A DNA stretch of 64,000 bases from Patescibacteria group bacterium (GCA_023379265.1 JAMCUI010000011.1:4030-68029); one strand, 5' to 3'. Shown: positions 51,035 through 60,845, counted from the stretch's first letter. Notes: generated by a model not told the origin, from the letters alone. Program-made: numbers and translations.

Positions 51035-51247
51035 AGCCTAAACAATTCTCTTTCTCCGGTAAAACTACTCTAATACCAGATGTATTATAGCCGAGCTATG
51101 TCGGCAGCCTAAACAATTCTCTTTCTCCGGTAAAACTACTCTAATACCAGATGTATTATAGCCGAGCTATGTCGGCAGCCTAAACAATTCTCTTTCTCCG
51201 GTAAAACTACTCTAATACCAGATGTATTATAGCCGAGCTATGTCGGT
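51022..51247. repeat. Three tandem 71-bp units plus a partial one, each containing the first 13 nt of tRNA-Thr plus its upstream leader/promoter (-10-like TATAAT)
   Basis: The unit gagctatgtcggcagcctaaacaattctctttctccggtaaaactactctaataccagatgtattatagcc repeats at 51022, 51093 and 51164, with a partial copy from 51235. Confidence 0.85.
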
Positions 51248-51333
51248 ATATTCTGAAATATATAGTTGTAAATCAGAATTATTGAAGTATATAAGTGTAT
51301 TTTATCAGATTAAAAAGGTATGAAAAAGAGCAG

Positions 51334-51723
51334 TCACTTACCAGCAAATATGACACGTGCGTCTTTGCGATCCAATACCAACTGTTTCTTCATTTCCTCA
51401 AGTGAAGAAAAAAAGGAAGGTCCCCTTATAAATCCTACAAGGCTAAAACTGACAATTGAGGGAGAAACCTGTTTTTTATAATTAAGTATATATATTTCCA
51501 GTATATTTTTTTGCTCTCCCAACACCAGCCTGGGACCAAAATATAATAAACCCTTATAAATTTTATTATCCCATCTTACCCAAGCAGCATAAACCCCCAA
51601 CTTTTTCGTGGTCAAAAGTAGAGGAATATCCAGATTTATGGTAGGAAATCCTATTGTCCGGCCAATTTTTTTTCCTTGGACAACACGTCCGGAATGCCAG
51701 AATCTTCTAATCTTATTCGTCAT
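51334..51723 (-). CDS. Monofunctional riboflavin kinase
   Basis: GKKIGRTIGFPTINL matches the riboflavin kinase (RibF C-terminal) GRxLGFPTxN motif. It is 129 aa. Confidence 0.65.
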   Translation of the reverse strand: MTNKIRRFWHSGRVVQGKKIGRTIGFPTINLDIPLLLTTKKLGVYAAWVRWDNKIYKGLLYFGPRLVLGEQKNILEIYILNYKKQVSPSIVSFSLVGFIRGPSFFSSLEEMKKQLVLDRKDARVIFAGK

Positions 51724-52291
51724 TAAAACCCCTTGACTGCATAATCATGGCGATTTGCTCAGATCTATGCAATATTCTATGTAACAGAGGAATTACGATC
51801 GGGAACGTATTTTTTATCATGTTCAGACTTTTAGTATTATACCCGCGCGAATTTTGTGCCATATATATTTTTTGCGCTTCCTTAAAGATAACCGGTATCA
51901 GACTCAAAGTGATTGTAAGCATAAGCTGGATTTTACGCGGAAGAAAAGATAAGACTCTGGCAATTTCACTAACAGATGATACTGCGGTATATGCCAACAT
52001 CAGAAGTGAAAGAGTGGTCAACTTTAACCAGGCAGATAACCCTTGGAAAATTCTGATGGAAAGACTCCCATGACTATTGAGAAAAATCTGGATAGCCAGT
52101 ATTAAAATAAAGACATACAACATTGGCTTTAATCTGTATAAGACTTGTGTTCCGGAAAGCAAAAATACCAAATATGCCAAGAGAATAAAAATCGCCGATG
52201 ATAAAACATAAAGGTTATGGCTGGAGGCAATAAAAACAGTCATCATTACTAAAACAAATAATTTCAACCTTGCAATCGTAATACTATCCAT
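51713..52291 (-). CDS. ecfT: ECF transporter transmembrane (T) component
   Basis: It is polytopic with the two conserved Ala-Arg-Gly motifs (MAQNSRGYN; MQSRGFNDE). Confidence 0.65.
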   Translation of the reverse strand: MDSITIARLKLFVLVMMTVFIASSHNLYVLSSAIFILLAYLVFLLSGTQVLYRLKPMLYVFILILAIQIFLNSHGSLSIRIFQGLSAWLKLTTLSLLMLAYTAVSSVSEIARVLSFLPRKIQLMLTITLSLIPVIFKEAQKIYMAQNSRGYNTKSLNMIKNTFPIVIPLLHRILHRSEQIAMIMQSRGFNDE

Positions 52292-52293
52292 AT

Positions 52294-53049
52294 TTATTTT
52301 TTTCGCTTGTTTGGAATTTTTATTCCCAACTTGTTTAATATCCGTACTTTTCTAAACACGTCACGCGTTTTTCCCTCCAAAACAACGGAACCCTCATTCA
52401 AAACTTTGACCTCTTCGGCAAACTGGTAAAGAAAGTCAGTATCGTGTTCCACCACGATGATTGTATTTCCTTTTTTATTCAAATTTCGCAGTATGGAGTA
52501 AAGTTCACAAGAACTCCTGTAATCCAGCATTGCACTGGGTTCATCAAGCACTATATACGCCGGATCAAGAGCAATCACAGCTGCAAGGCTAACTTTCTGC
52601 TTCTGGCCGAAAGAAAGCGATTGAGGGTCTCGGTCGGCATACCCTTCCAAACCAACCTGTTGCAAAATCCTGTCTATCTTTTCTTTTCCCTCATCAATAT
52701 GATAATTTCTTAATCCGAATTGTATCTCTTCCCTGACAGTCAGATTAAAAGTGGAAAAATCCGGGTTTTGGAACACCATGCCTACTTTTCTGGAAAAATA
52801 AGCAACATTCTTCTGGCTTGTAGCGATACCATCAATCATCACTTCACCTTCCAACTTCCCTTCTATAAAATGAGGTATAAGACCGTTTAGAAGATATGTT
52901 AACGTAGATTTTCCAGAACCGTTACTCCCTGCAATGCCTAAAAAGGTACCCGGAAGTATCGAAAAAGATATATCTTTTAAGACTTTCTCGCTCCCGCCAT
53001 ACGCAAAGGATACGTTCTTTAATATAATTCCCATATCAATACTTGTCAT
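52294..53049 (-). CDS. ecfA: ECF transporter ATPase component
   Basis: It has Walker A GSNGSGKST, an LSFGQKQKV signature and Walker B IVLDEPSAMLD. Confidence 0.8.
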   Translation of the reverse strand: MTSIDMGIILKNVSFAYGGSEKVLKDISFSILPGTFLGIAGSNGSGKSTLTYLLNGLIPHFIEGKLEGEVMIDGIATSQKNVAYFSRKVGMVFQNPDFSTFNLTVREEIQFGLRNYHIDEGKEKIDRILQQVGLEGYADRDPQSLSFGQKQKVSLAAVIALDPAYIVLDEPSAMLDYRSSCELYSILRNLNKKGNTIIVVEHDTDFLYQFAEEVKVLNEGSVVLEGKTRDVFRKVRILNKLGIKIPNKRKK

Positions 53050-53092
53050 AAATTATCTGAAACGTTTCGAAAAAAGAAAAGAACGGCAAACA

Positions 53093-53665
53093 TTATTTCC
53101 GCCATGAAGCAAATCGGTATATACGGAAATGAAACACTACCAGCCATGCCAAAATCACGTCAAATATCCCCTGTATGGAATTAAAAATTGATATGATATA
53201 CCATGGTATGGTAGAAATTGCCTGCTGGGTCGTCATACCGGTCCATATTGGTATCGCAAAATAATAATTCAAAGGCAACATCAATACGGTTCGTATTACA
53301 AGTGCGAAAACAAGAGGTGCAACCAGTTCCCGAATTTTTTGGTATGAAGAAATATCCTTTTTTCTGAATTTCATCCATATATACAAACTGAACCACATTG
53401 GCAATGTCGCAACCCATTTCATCACTGCACCAAGCCATGTTTCAGGAGCAAAAAGAGTGATAATTAATCCACCCATCAAAGATACTAAAAAAGCTGACCT
53501 TGTACCAAAGAGAAAATAAGCTACAAGCCAGGACACTGCCACCACATCTATCCACATTCCCCACTGAGGAGATTGATACCCCAAATGCACAAGTTGTACT
53601 ATGGCAGAAATTGCCGCAAGTCCTGCTGATAAAGCGATTTCCCTTGAGTTGAGACTTTTTCTCAT
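53093..53665 (-). CDS. ECF transporter substrate-specific (S) component, putative riboflavin-specific (RibU-like)
   Basis: This ~190 aa six-TM protein is the first gene downstream of an FMN riboswitch and lies in an operon with ecfA, ecfT and riboflavin kinase. Confidence 0.5.
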   Translation of the reverse strand: MRKSLNSREIALSAGLAAISAIVQLVHLGYQSPQWGMWIDVVAVSWLVAYFLFGTRSAFLVSLMGGLIITLFAPETWLGAVMKWVATLPMWFSLYIWMKFRKKDISSYQKIRELVAPLVFALVIRTVLMLPLNYYFAIPIWTGMTTQQAISTIPWYIISIFNSIQGIFDVILAWLVVFHFRIYRFASWRK

Positions 53666-53680
53666 AAAACTCCTCCCATA

Positions 53681-53895
53681 AAAAATCCCCCATTCGGGGG
53701 AAACATAATAAATATAGGGTTTAGAGCAAAATAAGCCTAACCCTATCTCTTCTTTCTTTTATCCCGACTTTACGGTCGCTACCGGAGTTGCACCGGTTCA
53801 TGTCCGATTTTATATCAGACTCGTAGAGTTTAACTACCGATTGGGAATTTTCCGCTTGATGCGCAATCACCCATACCCCGAAAGAATAAGTAGAT
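53681..53895 (-). promoter_or_regulatory. FMN riboswitch (RFN element) with an intrinsic terminator
   Basis: The minus-strand RNA UUCUUUCGGGGUAUGGGUGA...GGAAAAUUCCCAAUCGGUAGU...CGGUGCAACUCCGGUAGCGACCGUAAAGUCGGGAUAAAAGAAAGAAG matches the RFN core (P1 UUCUUUC/GAAAGAA; GGGUGA; AAUUCCC; GCGAC.GUAAAGUC.GGAU). It is followed by the terminator UCCCCCGAAUGGGGGAUUUUUU at 53681-53705, then GGGAGGA and the ATG. Confidence 0.7.
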
Positions 53896-53981
53896 ATTAT
53901 CTTTTATCAACTAGTCTGTCAAGTAAGTGCAGATGCATTTATACCCTCACGCACTGAGAAATTTCCTCAGAAATTTCGAAG

Positions 53982-54053
53982 TGCACGCACATGGACTTGA
54001 ACCATGGACCTCTTCGATGTGAACGAAGCGCTCTACCGCTGAGCTATGCGTGC
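53982..54053 (-). tRNA. tRNA-Val (anticodon CAC)
   Basis: The minus-strand sequence GCACGCATAGCTCAGCGGTAGAGCGCTTCGTTCACATCGAAGAGGTCCATGGTTCAAGTCCATGTGCGTGCA forms a perfect cloverleaf. Confidence 0.88.
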
Positions 54054-54205
54054 ATCCTAAAAATAAGTCTTTTTATTATACACAATTTTACATATCTATC
54101 ATAACAATAACAAATCTACACACTTGCTTAAATAAACGATTCTAACGTATAATAAAAATGTTGCCTCTATTTGAGGATTTTTACTTTTATTGACTAGATT
54201 CCCAA

Positions 54206-54922
54206 ATGCCAACTCAGAATAATTCCAAAGTCGCAGTCGACAGCAGAATAGACCGTTCAACTCCAAACGTGGTAGTTTCATCGGCTCCCAAAGAAGACAT
54301 TGTCAATCCTGCCCCGGAAGTCAAACAGCAAAATCCCACAAACCTTCCTGTTACGTTGGTAAAACGGTTGGTAAATTTCTGTCTGGACTTTCTGGAGACT
54401 ATTGTCGTAGCGCTATCTATTTTCGTAGTAGTCTATCTCTTTCTTGTCCAACCACATGAAGTAAAAGGTAGCTCAATGGAGCCCAATTTCCATGATAATG
54501 ACTATATTTTGACTGACAAAATCTCACTCAAACTTCACGATCCTGAGCGAGGAAATGTCATAATCTTCAAATCACCGCCAAATCCTGACGTAGATTATAT
54601 TAAAAGAGTTATAGGGCTTCCCGGCGATAAAGTAAAAGTCCAGGACGGCGCAGTTTATATTAACGATAAAAAACTTGACGAGCCTTATTTAGCTGACAAA
54701 ACCAATCTTTTCCCTGGAAGCTTTTTACAAGAAGGGGTGGACTTTACTGTCCCACAAGGCGAATATTTTGTCATGGGAGATAACCGTCCCCACAGTTCTG
54801 ATTCGCGCGAATTTGGACCTATTAAAGCTGACTCAATCATCGGTAAAGCCATGCTGCGGTACTGGCCGATCACGCAATTCGGGATTATTCCAGACTTAAA
54901 ATATAACCTCAGCAGTCCTTAA
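54206..54922 (+). CDS. lepB: Signal peptidase I
   Basis: It has a TM anchor and SPase I boxes: GSSMEPNF (catalytic Ser), YIKRVIGLPGD (Lys box) and GDNRPHSSDSREFG. Confidence 0.85.
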   Translation: MPTQNNSKVAVDSRIDRSTPNVVVSSAPKEDIVNPAPEVKQQNPTNLPVTLVKRLVNFCLDFLETIVVALSIFVVVYLFLVQPHEVKGSSMEPNFHDNDYILTDKISLKLHDPERGNVIIFKSPPNPDVDYIKRVIGLPGDKVKVQDGAVYINDKKLDEPYLADKTNLFPGSFLQEGVDFTVPQGEYFVMGDNRPHSSDSREFGPIKADSIIGKAMLRYWPITQFGIIPDLKYNLSSP

Positions 54923-55026
54923 TTACCATAGTGCACCCGCCTGTTTGATGGATTTTAATATTTCCGGTAGTTTATCCTTAAATGTTTGAGATTTGAAGTT
55001 TGTTTGAAGAATCAGTACACGTTATA

Positions 55027-55848
55027 TTAAATTAGAAGCTTATCTTTTAGTGTTTTAATCAATTCTGAGGTTTCTTCAGGCGGACCTTTGAAGAGAATTT
55101 GTATCTTGGCGCTGACTGTAGACTGATATACAGATACTCTGGCACTTAACCTGCTACTCAATTCCTTTCCTATACCCTCCAGTTCCACACTTTGAATACG
55201 TTTATTGGCTGCTTTGGGTACCATATCGGACTTTTCTTTTATTCTTCTGACAAGCTCTTCCACCCGTCTGACTGACGCGCCTTCCGCCAGTATGGTCTTA
55301 TAAACCTCAATCATCTGGCTGACATCTCCCAAACCGGCAATAGCTCTGGCATGACCCTCTGTAATATCTCCAGAGATAAGCCCGTCTTTTATGGCATCCG
55401 GCAAAGCCAAAAGTCTCATTGTATTTGATACGTAAGCCGGGCTTTTTCCTATCCTTTTTGATATTTCCGTGACTCCCATCCCAAACTCGTCCATAAGCCG
55501 CTGAAATCCTTGCGCTCTTTCAATGGGATTTAATTCTTCTCTCTGGACGTTTTCCACGAGAGCCATCTCCAACATCCCTTGGGTACTTGTCTCTTTAACA
55601 ATTACAGGCACTTCTTTCAACCCGACTATTTTGGATGCCCGCCAACGTCTTTCGCCTGCAATTATTTGATACCCGGCTGGGGTTTTAGCAACTACCAATG
55701 GTTCAAGGACACCATGTTCTTTTATCGACTCCACAAGATCCACCAACGATTCCGACTTGATGAGGCTACGTACCTGAAGAGGATTTGGCTGTAATAAGTG
55801 TATTTCCAAATTTATTAGTTTCTGATTTTCTGGTACTGTTGAGGCCAT
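55027..55848 (-). CDS. parB: ParB/Spo0J-family partition protein
   Basis: It has the ParB box (LEPLVVAKTPAGYQIIAGERRWRASKIVGLKEVPVIV) and an HTH (ISKRIGKSPAYVSNTMRLL). There is no adjacent parA. Confidence 0.85.
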   Translation of the reverse strand: MASTVPENQKLINLEIHLLQPNPLQVRSLIKSESLVDLVESIKEHGVLEPLVVAKTPAGYQIIAGERRWRASKIVGLKEVPVIVKETSTQGMLEMALVENVQREELNPIERAQGFQRLMDEFGMGVTEISKRIGKSPAYVSNTMRLLALPDAIKDGLISGDITEGHARAIAGLGDVSQMIEVYKTILAEGASVRRVEELVRRIKEKSDMVPKAANKRIQSVELEGIGKELSSRLSARVSVYQSTVSAKIQILFKGPPEETSELIKTLKDKLLI

Positions 55849-55851
55849 ATT

Positions 55852-56097
55852 TTAGGCTATTTCAATAACGGTATTTCCCAATCTTGTCTTAAAATTAACC
55901 ACTCCGTTTTTTATTGCATAAATGGTAAAATCTTTCCCCAGTTTTGTTCCATTACCTGCTCTATATCTTGTCCCTTTCTGGCGCACTATTATATTTCCGG
56001 ATATTACTTTACTACCACCATATACTTTTACTCCAAGCCTTTTACTTATTGAATCTCTGTTACCTTTTGTTGTTCCGCCTGTTTTTATGTGTGCCAT
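55852..56097 (-). CDS. rpmA: 50S ribosomal protein L27
   Basis: MAHIKTGGTTKGNRDSISKRLGVKVYGG is a canonical L27. Confidence 0.92.
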   Translation of the reverse strand: MAHIKTGGTTKGNRDSISKRLGVKVYGGSKVISGNIIVRQKGTRYRAGNGTKLGKDFTIYAIKNGVVNFKTRLGNTVIEIA

Positions 56098-56188
56098 ATT
56101 TTCTCCTTTTTAACTTATGTAGTCTACTTTATTTTTTCACGGATGTCAACCATTTTTTTCACGAAAAAATCTTTGATTATGAAGTTAA

Positions 56189-56548
56189 TTAGATATTTTT
56201 CTTGTTCTTGCTGTGCTCTCTCTTATCGACGCCGGCAGGATGAATTTTCTCTATGAGGACCTTGGAAAGAAACGATCTATAACCTATCACTCTTCTGTAA
56301 TGCACTTTTGACTTGAATTTTCCCACTCTTATTTTTTCTCCTTTTATATTATCGATAACCTTTCCGCTTACTTTACAATTATCTATATATGGAGTACCTA
56401 TCTGGATAGCATCATCATAATTTACCAGAAGTATATGCGGAAACTCATATGTTTCCCCTTTTTCTCTAGTAATATAATCGACTAGTATAGTATCACCCTC
56501 ACTTACCCTATATTGTTTGCCGCCTGATTCGATTACCGCGTAATTCAT
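56189..56548 (-). CDS. rplU: 50S ribosomal protein L21
   Basis: MNYAVIESGGKQYRVSEGDTILVD is a canonical L21 N-terminus. Confidence 0.9.
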   Translation of the reverse strand: MNYAVIESGGKQYRVSEGDTILVDYITREKGETYEFPHILLVNYDDAIQIGTPYIDNCKVSGKVIDNIKGEKIRVGKFKSKVHYRRVIGYRSFLSKVLIEKIHPAGVDKREHSKNKKNI

Positions 56549-56613
56549 ATTGGGAGATTATATCAAAAATGAATAAATCTCACAAGAGACGTATAGTTAC
56601 TAGAGAAATAGAA

Positions 56614-57690
56614 TTACTTTAACAGTAACGTGTGTCTATTTTTACTTACTCTAGCCACAGAAGCTACCAAACCCAAATCAATAAACGTACTTATTATTGA
56701 ACTTCCACCATAAGATAATAAGGGTAGAGTAATCCCTGTAATTGGCATGATTCCAAGATTCATACCTATATTAATAAATACCTGAATAAATATTTGGGCA
56801 AAAATGCCTATTACCAAAAGTTTGCCAAAATTATTTTCCGACTCTTCCATAACCTGTAAAATCCTCAATAGAAGAATAAAGTAAAAAATAATTACAGCGA
56901 AAGTACCAAGAAAACCTAGCTCCTCTCCCAACGAGGCAAAAACGAAATCCGTATGATACTCTGGTAAAAATAACAGATGACTTTGTGTTCCACGTCCCAG
57001 ACCCATTCCAAAAAGTTGGCCGGAACCTATAGCTATCATCGCCTGTATGGCATTGTAACCTATGCCTACCGGATCAGCCTGTGGATTGAAAAACGCCAAC
57101 AACCTCACTTTCTGATACTGCTTCAGCAAAAACCAAAAAAATGGCAATACAACTCCAGACAAAACAGCACCAATAAAAAAGTATAAAAGAGGTAAACCAC
57201 TGGCGAGCTCTAACGCTATAAATGTCAGAAAATACACAAGTACATTACCTAGGTCTGGCTGCTTAAAAATTATAATAAGGATTGGAAGGAAAAAAATGAA
57301 AGGTTTTAGTTTATCCAGAATTGTGTGTCTTTCTCTATCAATAATTATTCCTGTCAGAAACAGTATGACAAAAGGCTTCAGAAGTTCAGACGGCTGTATC
57401 ACGCGAATCCCTGCAATATCTATCCATCGGCTTGCCCCTCTTACTTCACCACTGGCAAAACTGGCTATAAGAAAAAATAGAGAGAAAATATAAAATATCC
57501 AGCTAAAACGAGACCATATTCTAAAATCAACCGCAGAAAAAATCAGGAAAAGAAAAATACCAACCAGAAAAAAAATTAACTGCTGCGAAAAAAGGGTGGG
57601 GGTAGTACTACCTAAAATTGACAAACTTATCCCAATCAAACCAAATACCGGTACAGTCAGTCCTATGTCGAAAAGGACACCAAGATTCAT
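56614..57690 (-). CDS. SEDS-family peptidoglycan glycosyltransferase (RodA/FtsW)
   Basis: This 358 aa polytopic protein has the conserved SEDS loops (...SELLKPFVILFL...; ...LPEYHTDFVFASLGEELGF...; ...GGSS...). Confidence 0.8.
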   Translation of the reverse strand: MNLGVLFDIGLTVPVFGLIGISLSILGSTTPTLFSQQLIFFLVGIFLFLIFSAVDFRIWSRFSWIFYIFSLFFLIASFASGEVRGASRWIDIAGIRVIQPSELLKPFVILFLTGIIIDRERHTILDKLKPFIFFLPILIIIFKQPDLGNVLVYFLTFIALELASGLPLLYFFIGAVLSGVVLPFFWFLLKQYQKVRLLAFFNPQADPVGIGYNAIQAMIAIGSGQLFGMGLGRGTQSHLLFLPEYHTDFVFASLGEELGFLGTFAVIIFYFILLLRILQVMEESENNFGKLLVIGIFAQIFIQVFINIGMNLGIMPITGITLPLLSYGGSSIISTFIDLGLVASVARVSKNRHTLLLK

Positions 57691-57691
57691 A

Positions 57692-60679
57692 TTATAACTT
57701 TTCTACGCTTAAAACAGTTCCTCTTTTTAATTCTCCAGCCAATGTTTCTTTCTTTATATATTCCTCAAATCCATCAGGAAAATTCTTGTCGGGAAGAGTA
57801 ACTTTTACTTCTTCTGTTAGAGAGCATCCCAATTCTTTCCTTTTTATCTGAATCTGTCTTACAAATTCTCTAGCTTGACCTTCAAGAAGGAGGTCTTGAG
57901 AGATTTTTGTATCTAATTCCACTAGCAAATTCTCTTTCCCTGGTTTTATCTCTACTGATTTTATATTCAACTCGTCTTTTATAAGACTAACAAACTCACT
58001 ATCGTCAGTCATTAATAAATCTGTGTATACAGTAATAAGTCGCAATGGCTGCCGAACTTTTATATTCTGCGCTTTCCTCTGGGCATGTCCCAGTTCCACA
58101 ATACTTCTTACTTCAGCCATTTTCTTTTCCAACTTATCACTTATTAGACTTGCGTCCGGTTGTGGCCAATCGGATAAATGTACGGATAGTTCGTCTGTGA
58201 TATTGATATAAATTGACTCTGAAAGATAAGGATTAAATGGAGCAAGAAGACGAGAAAATATTGATAAAATATTATAAGTGACCGTATAAAACGAATTTTT
58301 GTCGTCAAGAGATGTTACCCCTTTCCCCACCCGGCTACGACTTCTCCTTATATACCATAAAGACAGATCGGATATGAAATCTTCCATTAAAATGGCGCCA
58401 GTACTTGCATCAAAATTTATAAGGTTTTTTGTCACGGCTTTAACAAGTCTATTAAGCCTTGAAAGAATCCAAAGATCAAGAACGGTGTAATTTACCTTCA
58501 CTCTGGAAGCATTATTGTGTTCTTTGGACGTCCAACCATCAATATTTGCATAGGTAATAAAAAAGTTATAAATATTCCATAAAAGCAGATGGAATCTCCT
58601 TCTTGTTTCGTCAGCAGTCCGGTATCCGAATAAAAGATTCATAGTCGGCTTTTGGGTAACATACATCCAACGCATCACATCTACACCTATTTTCCCAGCT
58701 GCTTCATTGAATTCTATAGCGTTTCCCCAAGATTTATGCATCGGACGTCCGTCTTCACCCAATACCGAAGCGTATCCCAATACCGAGCAGAAAGGATTTT
58801 TTTTCTCAAGAACCGTAGACATGGCGATCATTGAATAAAACCAGTTTTTGAACTGACCCGGGAATGATTCAGTGATAAAATCTGCTGGAAACCACTCTCT
58901 CCAATATTTTTTATCAGACGTATAACTCAATTTATTGCTTTTGGGATCAATAAGTGTGGAAAAAGGCACAATCCCAGCGTCAAGCCAGACATTTCCTACA
59001 TCATCAAGCCTGGACACATTTTTACCACATTTATCACATTTGATCTTTACGCTATCAATGTATGGTTTATGCGGACTGTGACCTTCAAAATCTTCCCAAC
59101 CTTCTATTGCTTTTTCCTTCAACTCTTCTTTACTACCGATAACCGTAAAATATCCGCAGTTGCTACATTCATAGATTGGAAGAGCCAATCCCCAATACCT
59201 GTTCTTTTTGCTTATGAGCCAGTCGTGCATATTCTGCAACCAGTCCAGTTCCCGCTCAAGGCCAAAATCCGGAATCCACCGGATCATCTTTGCTGTTTTT
59301 ATCATCTGCTGTCTCAGCGTCCTGTCTTTTGCTCCTTTTTTTAACCCTTTCTCTTCCTTGTCCATCGAGATATACCATTCATCAGCCACCTTCCAGACCA
59401 ATTCAGTCTTGCATCTCCAGCAGGCCGGATAACGGTGCTTATAAGGGAAAATCCTGAATACCCACTTTCCTTCTTTTTCTTCCCGTTTTTTCAGATAATC
59501 AAGGATTATTCCGGGGTTTTTCTTGGCGTTTTTACCGCTAAACTCGCCGAATCCGCCAATATAATCGGCATTATCCGCAATAACGGGAATCATCGGTAGA
59601 CCCAATTTTTTACCCAGCTTGAAATCCTCCTCGCCGGCTGATACTGCTGTATGCACCATTCCGGTTCCTTCACTCATGGAAATAGGCATTAAAAGCGGAT
59701 CGGTCGGGATAACTGTGTGGAATTTTTCGGGGTTTTCATCTCGTGCTTTCTCAACCGCCTGCAAACCGTCAAAAGCACTTTGGTACCGCAAACCGACCAG
59801 TTCTTTTCCCCTGACTGTTTTTACTATTTTCTTTCCAAAATCCTTAAATATCTGGTCAACCAAAGTTGACGCCAGCCAGTATTTCTGTTCCCGCCCGCTT
59901 ATATCCGAAGAGACTAACGTATAATCTGATTCCGTATCTACGGCAACGGCGATATTGGCAATAATTGTCCAGGGGGTAGTCGTCCATACAAGCAGAAATT
60001 CGTCTTTGGCATCCGCAAGAGGGAACTTCATTATGACTGATTCATGAGTCAACTCCTTATAATCCTCAGTCAGCATCTCATGTTGGGATATTGCCGTCTC
60101 GCATCTGGGACACCACGGCACGCTTTCCCTGCCTTTATAAACCCATCCTTTGTCAAAACAGGTTCTGAGGAAATGCCATATCATGTAATTATTCTCATCC
60201 GACATAGTAAAGTATGAATTGTTCCAATTCATAAAATACCCTAATTTTTGACTTTGTTCGGACTGTATTTTACTAAACCGTTTCACTCTTTCTTTACATA
60301 ACTCCACAAATTTAGCAACACTTGCTTTCTTATCACCTGGAACAAGATTTTCTATATCTCTTTTGTTGCGTATACCCAATTCCTTCTCCACTTCAACCTC
60401 AATCCACAAGCCCTGGCAATCAAAACCGTTCTGGAAACGTTCCTTATAACCCCTCATGTTAAAAAACTTTTGCCATAAGTCTTTATATGTCCTACCCCAA
60501 GCATGATGTACTCCCATAGGGTTATTGGCCGTGATAGGCCCATCTATAAAGGAGAATCTTTTTTTTGAACCGTCATTTCTTCGGAGATATTTCTCGATGA
60601 CACCGTTTTTAATCCAATACTCATAGATGCTCTTCTCAAGCTCAGGAAAGCTTACTTTTGTATTGACATTTTTGAACAT
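57692..60679 (-). CDS. ileS: Isoleucyl-tRNA synthetase
   Basis: It has a HIGH-class motif (PITANNPMGVHHAWGRTYKD), a KMSKS-equivalent (RPMHKSWGN), an editing domain and Zn-finger cysteines (CPRC...C..C). I trimmed the start to MFKNVNTKVSFPELEK at 60679; the ORF-track start at 60724 is likely over-extended. Confidence 0.9.
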   Translation of the reverse strand: MFKNVNTKVSFPELEKSIYEYWIKNGVIEKYLRRNDGSKKRFSFIDGPITANNPMGVHHAWGRTYKDLWQKFFNMRGYKERFQNGFDCQGLWIEVEVEKELGIRNKRDIENLVPGDKKASVAKFVELCKERVKRFSKIQSEQSQKLGYFMNWNNSYFTMSDENNYMIWHFLRTCFDKGWVYKGRESVPWCPRCETAISQHEMLTEDYKELTHESVIMKFPLADAKDEFLLVWTTTPWTIIANIAVAVDTESDYTLVSSDISGREQKYWLASTLVDQIFKDFGKKIVKTVRGKELVGLRYQSAFDGLQAVEKARDENPEKFHTVIPTDPLLMPISMSEGTGMVHTAVSAGEEDFKLGKKLGLPMIPVIADNADYIGGFGEFSGKNAKKNPGIILDYLKKREEKEGKWVFRIFPYKHRYPACWRCKTELVWKVADEWYISMDKEEKGLKKGAKDRTLRQQMIKTAKMIRWIPDFGLERELDWLQNMHDWLISKKNRYWGLALPIYECSNCGYFTVIGSKEELKEKAIEGWEDFEGHSPHKPYIDSVKIKCDKCGKNVSRLDDVGNVWLDAGIVPFSTLIDPKSNKLSYTSDKKYWREWFPADFITESFPGQFKNWFYSMIAMSTVLEKKNPFCSVLGYASVLGEDGRPMHKSWGNAIEFNEAAGKIGVDVMRWMYVTQKPTMNLLFGYRTADETRRRFHLLLWNIYNFFITYANIDGWTSKEHNNASRVKVNYTVLDLWILSRLNRLVKAVTKNLINFDASTGAILMEDFISDLSLWYIRRSRSRVGKGVTSLDDKNSFYTVTYNILSIFSRLLAPFNPYLSESIYINITDELSVHLSDWPQPDASLISDKLEKKMAEVRSIVELGHAQRKAQNIKVRQPLRLITVYTDLLMTDDSEFVSLIKDELNIKSVEIKPGKENLLVELDTKISQDLLLEGQAREFVRQIQIKRKELGCSLTEEVKVTLPDKNFPDGFEEYIKKETLAGELKRGTVLSVEKL

Positions 60680-60828
60680 AAACTCTATTTTACACAAAAA
60701 ATCCCACCTTTGAAAGCACTTCACCTGTAGTTCAGTGCCGGTGAGATTTAGATAATTATTCCGATAATTTTCAGATTTATCTTTTTTATCATTTAGTTAC
60801 TTATTAATGTTTCCCCTGCCTTAAGAAT

Positions 60829-60845
60829 GCGGGCTTGCCTCGCCG
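60829..60845. repeat. Third copy of the gcgggcttgcctcgccg motif (between ftsZ and ileS)
   Basis: It is identical to 18785-18801 and is the reverse complement of 16779-16795. Confidence 0.7.

Noticed and set aside
50869-51247. Possible CRISPR array around tRNA-Thr
   Set aside because: The repeat units are contiguous with no unique spacers between them. Each unit contains a piece of the tRNA itself, so these are tandem duplications and not a CRISPR.
54124-54154. Sigma70-like promoter TTGCTT-N18-TATAAT upstream of lepB
   Set aside because: The match is good, but AT-rich intergenic DNA produces such matches frequently, and there is no independent support.
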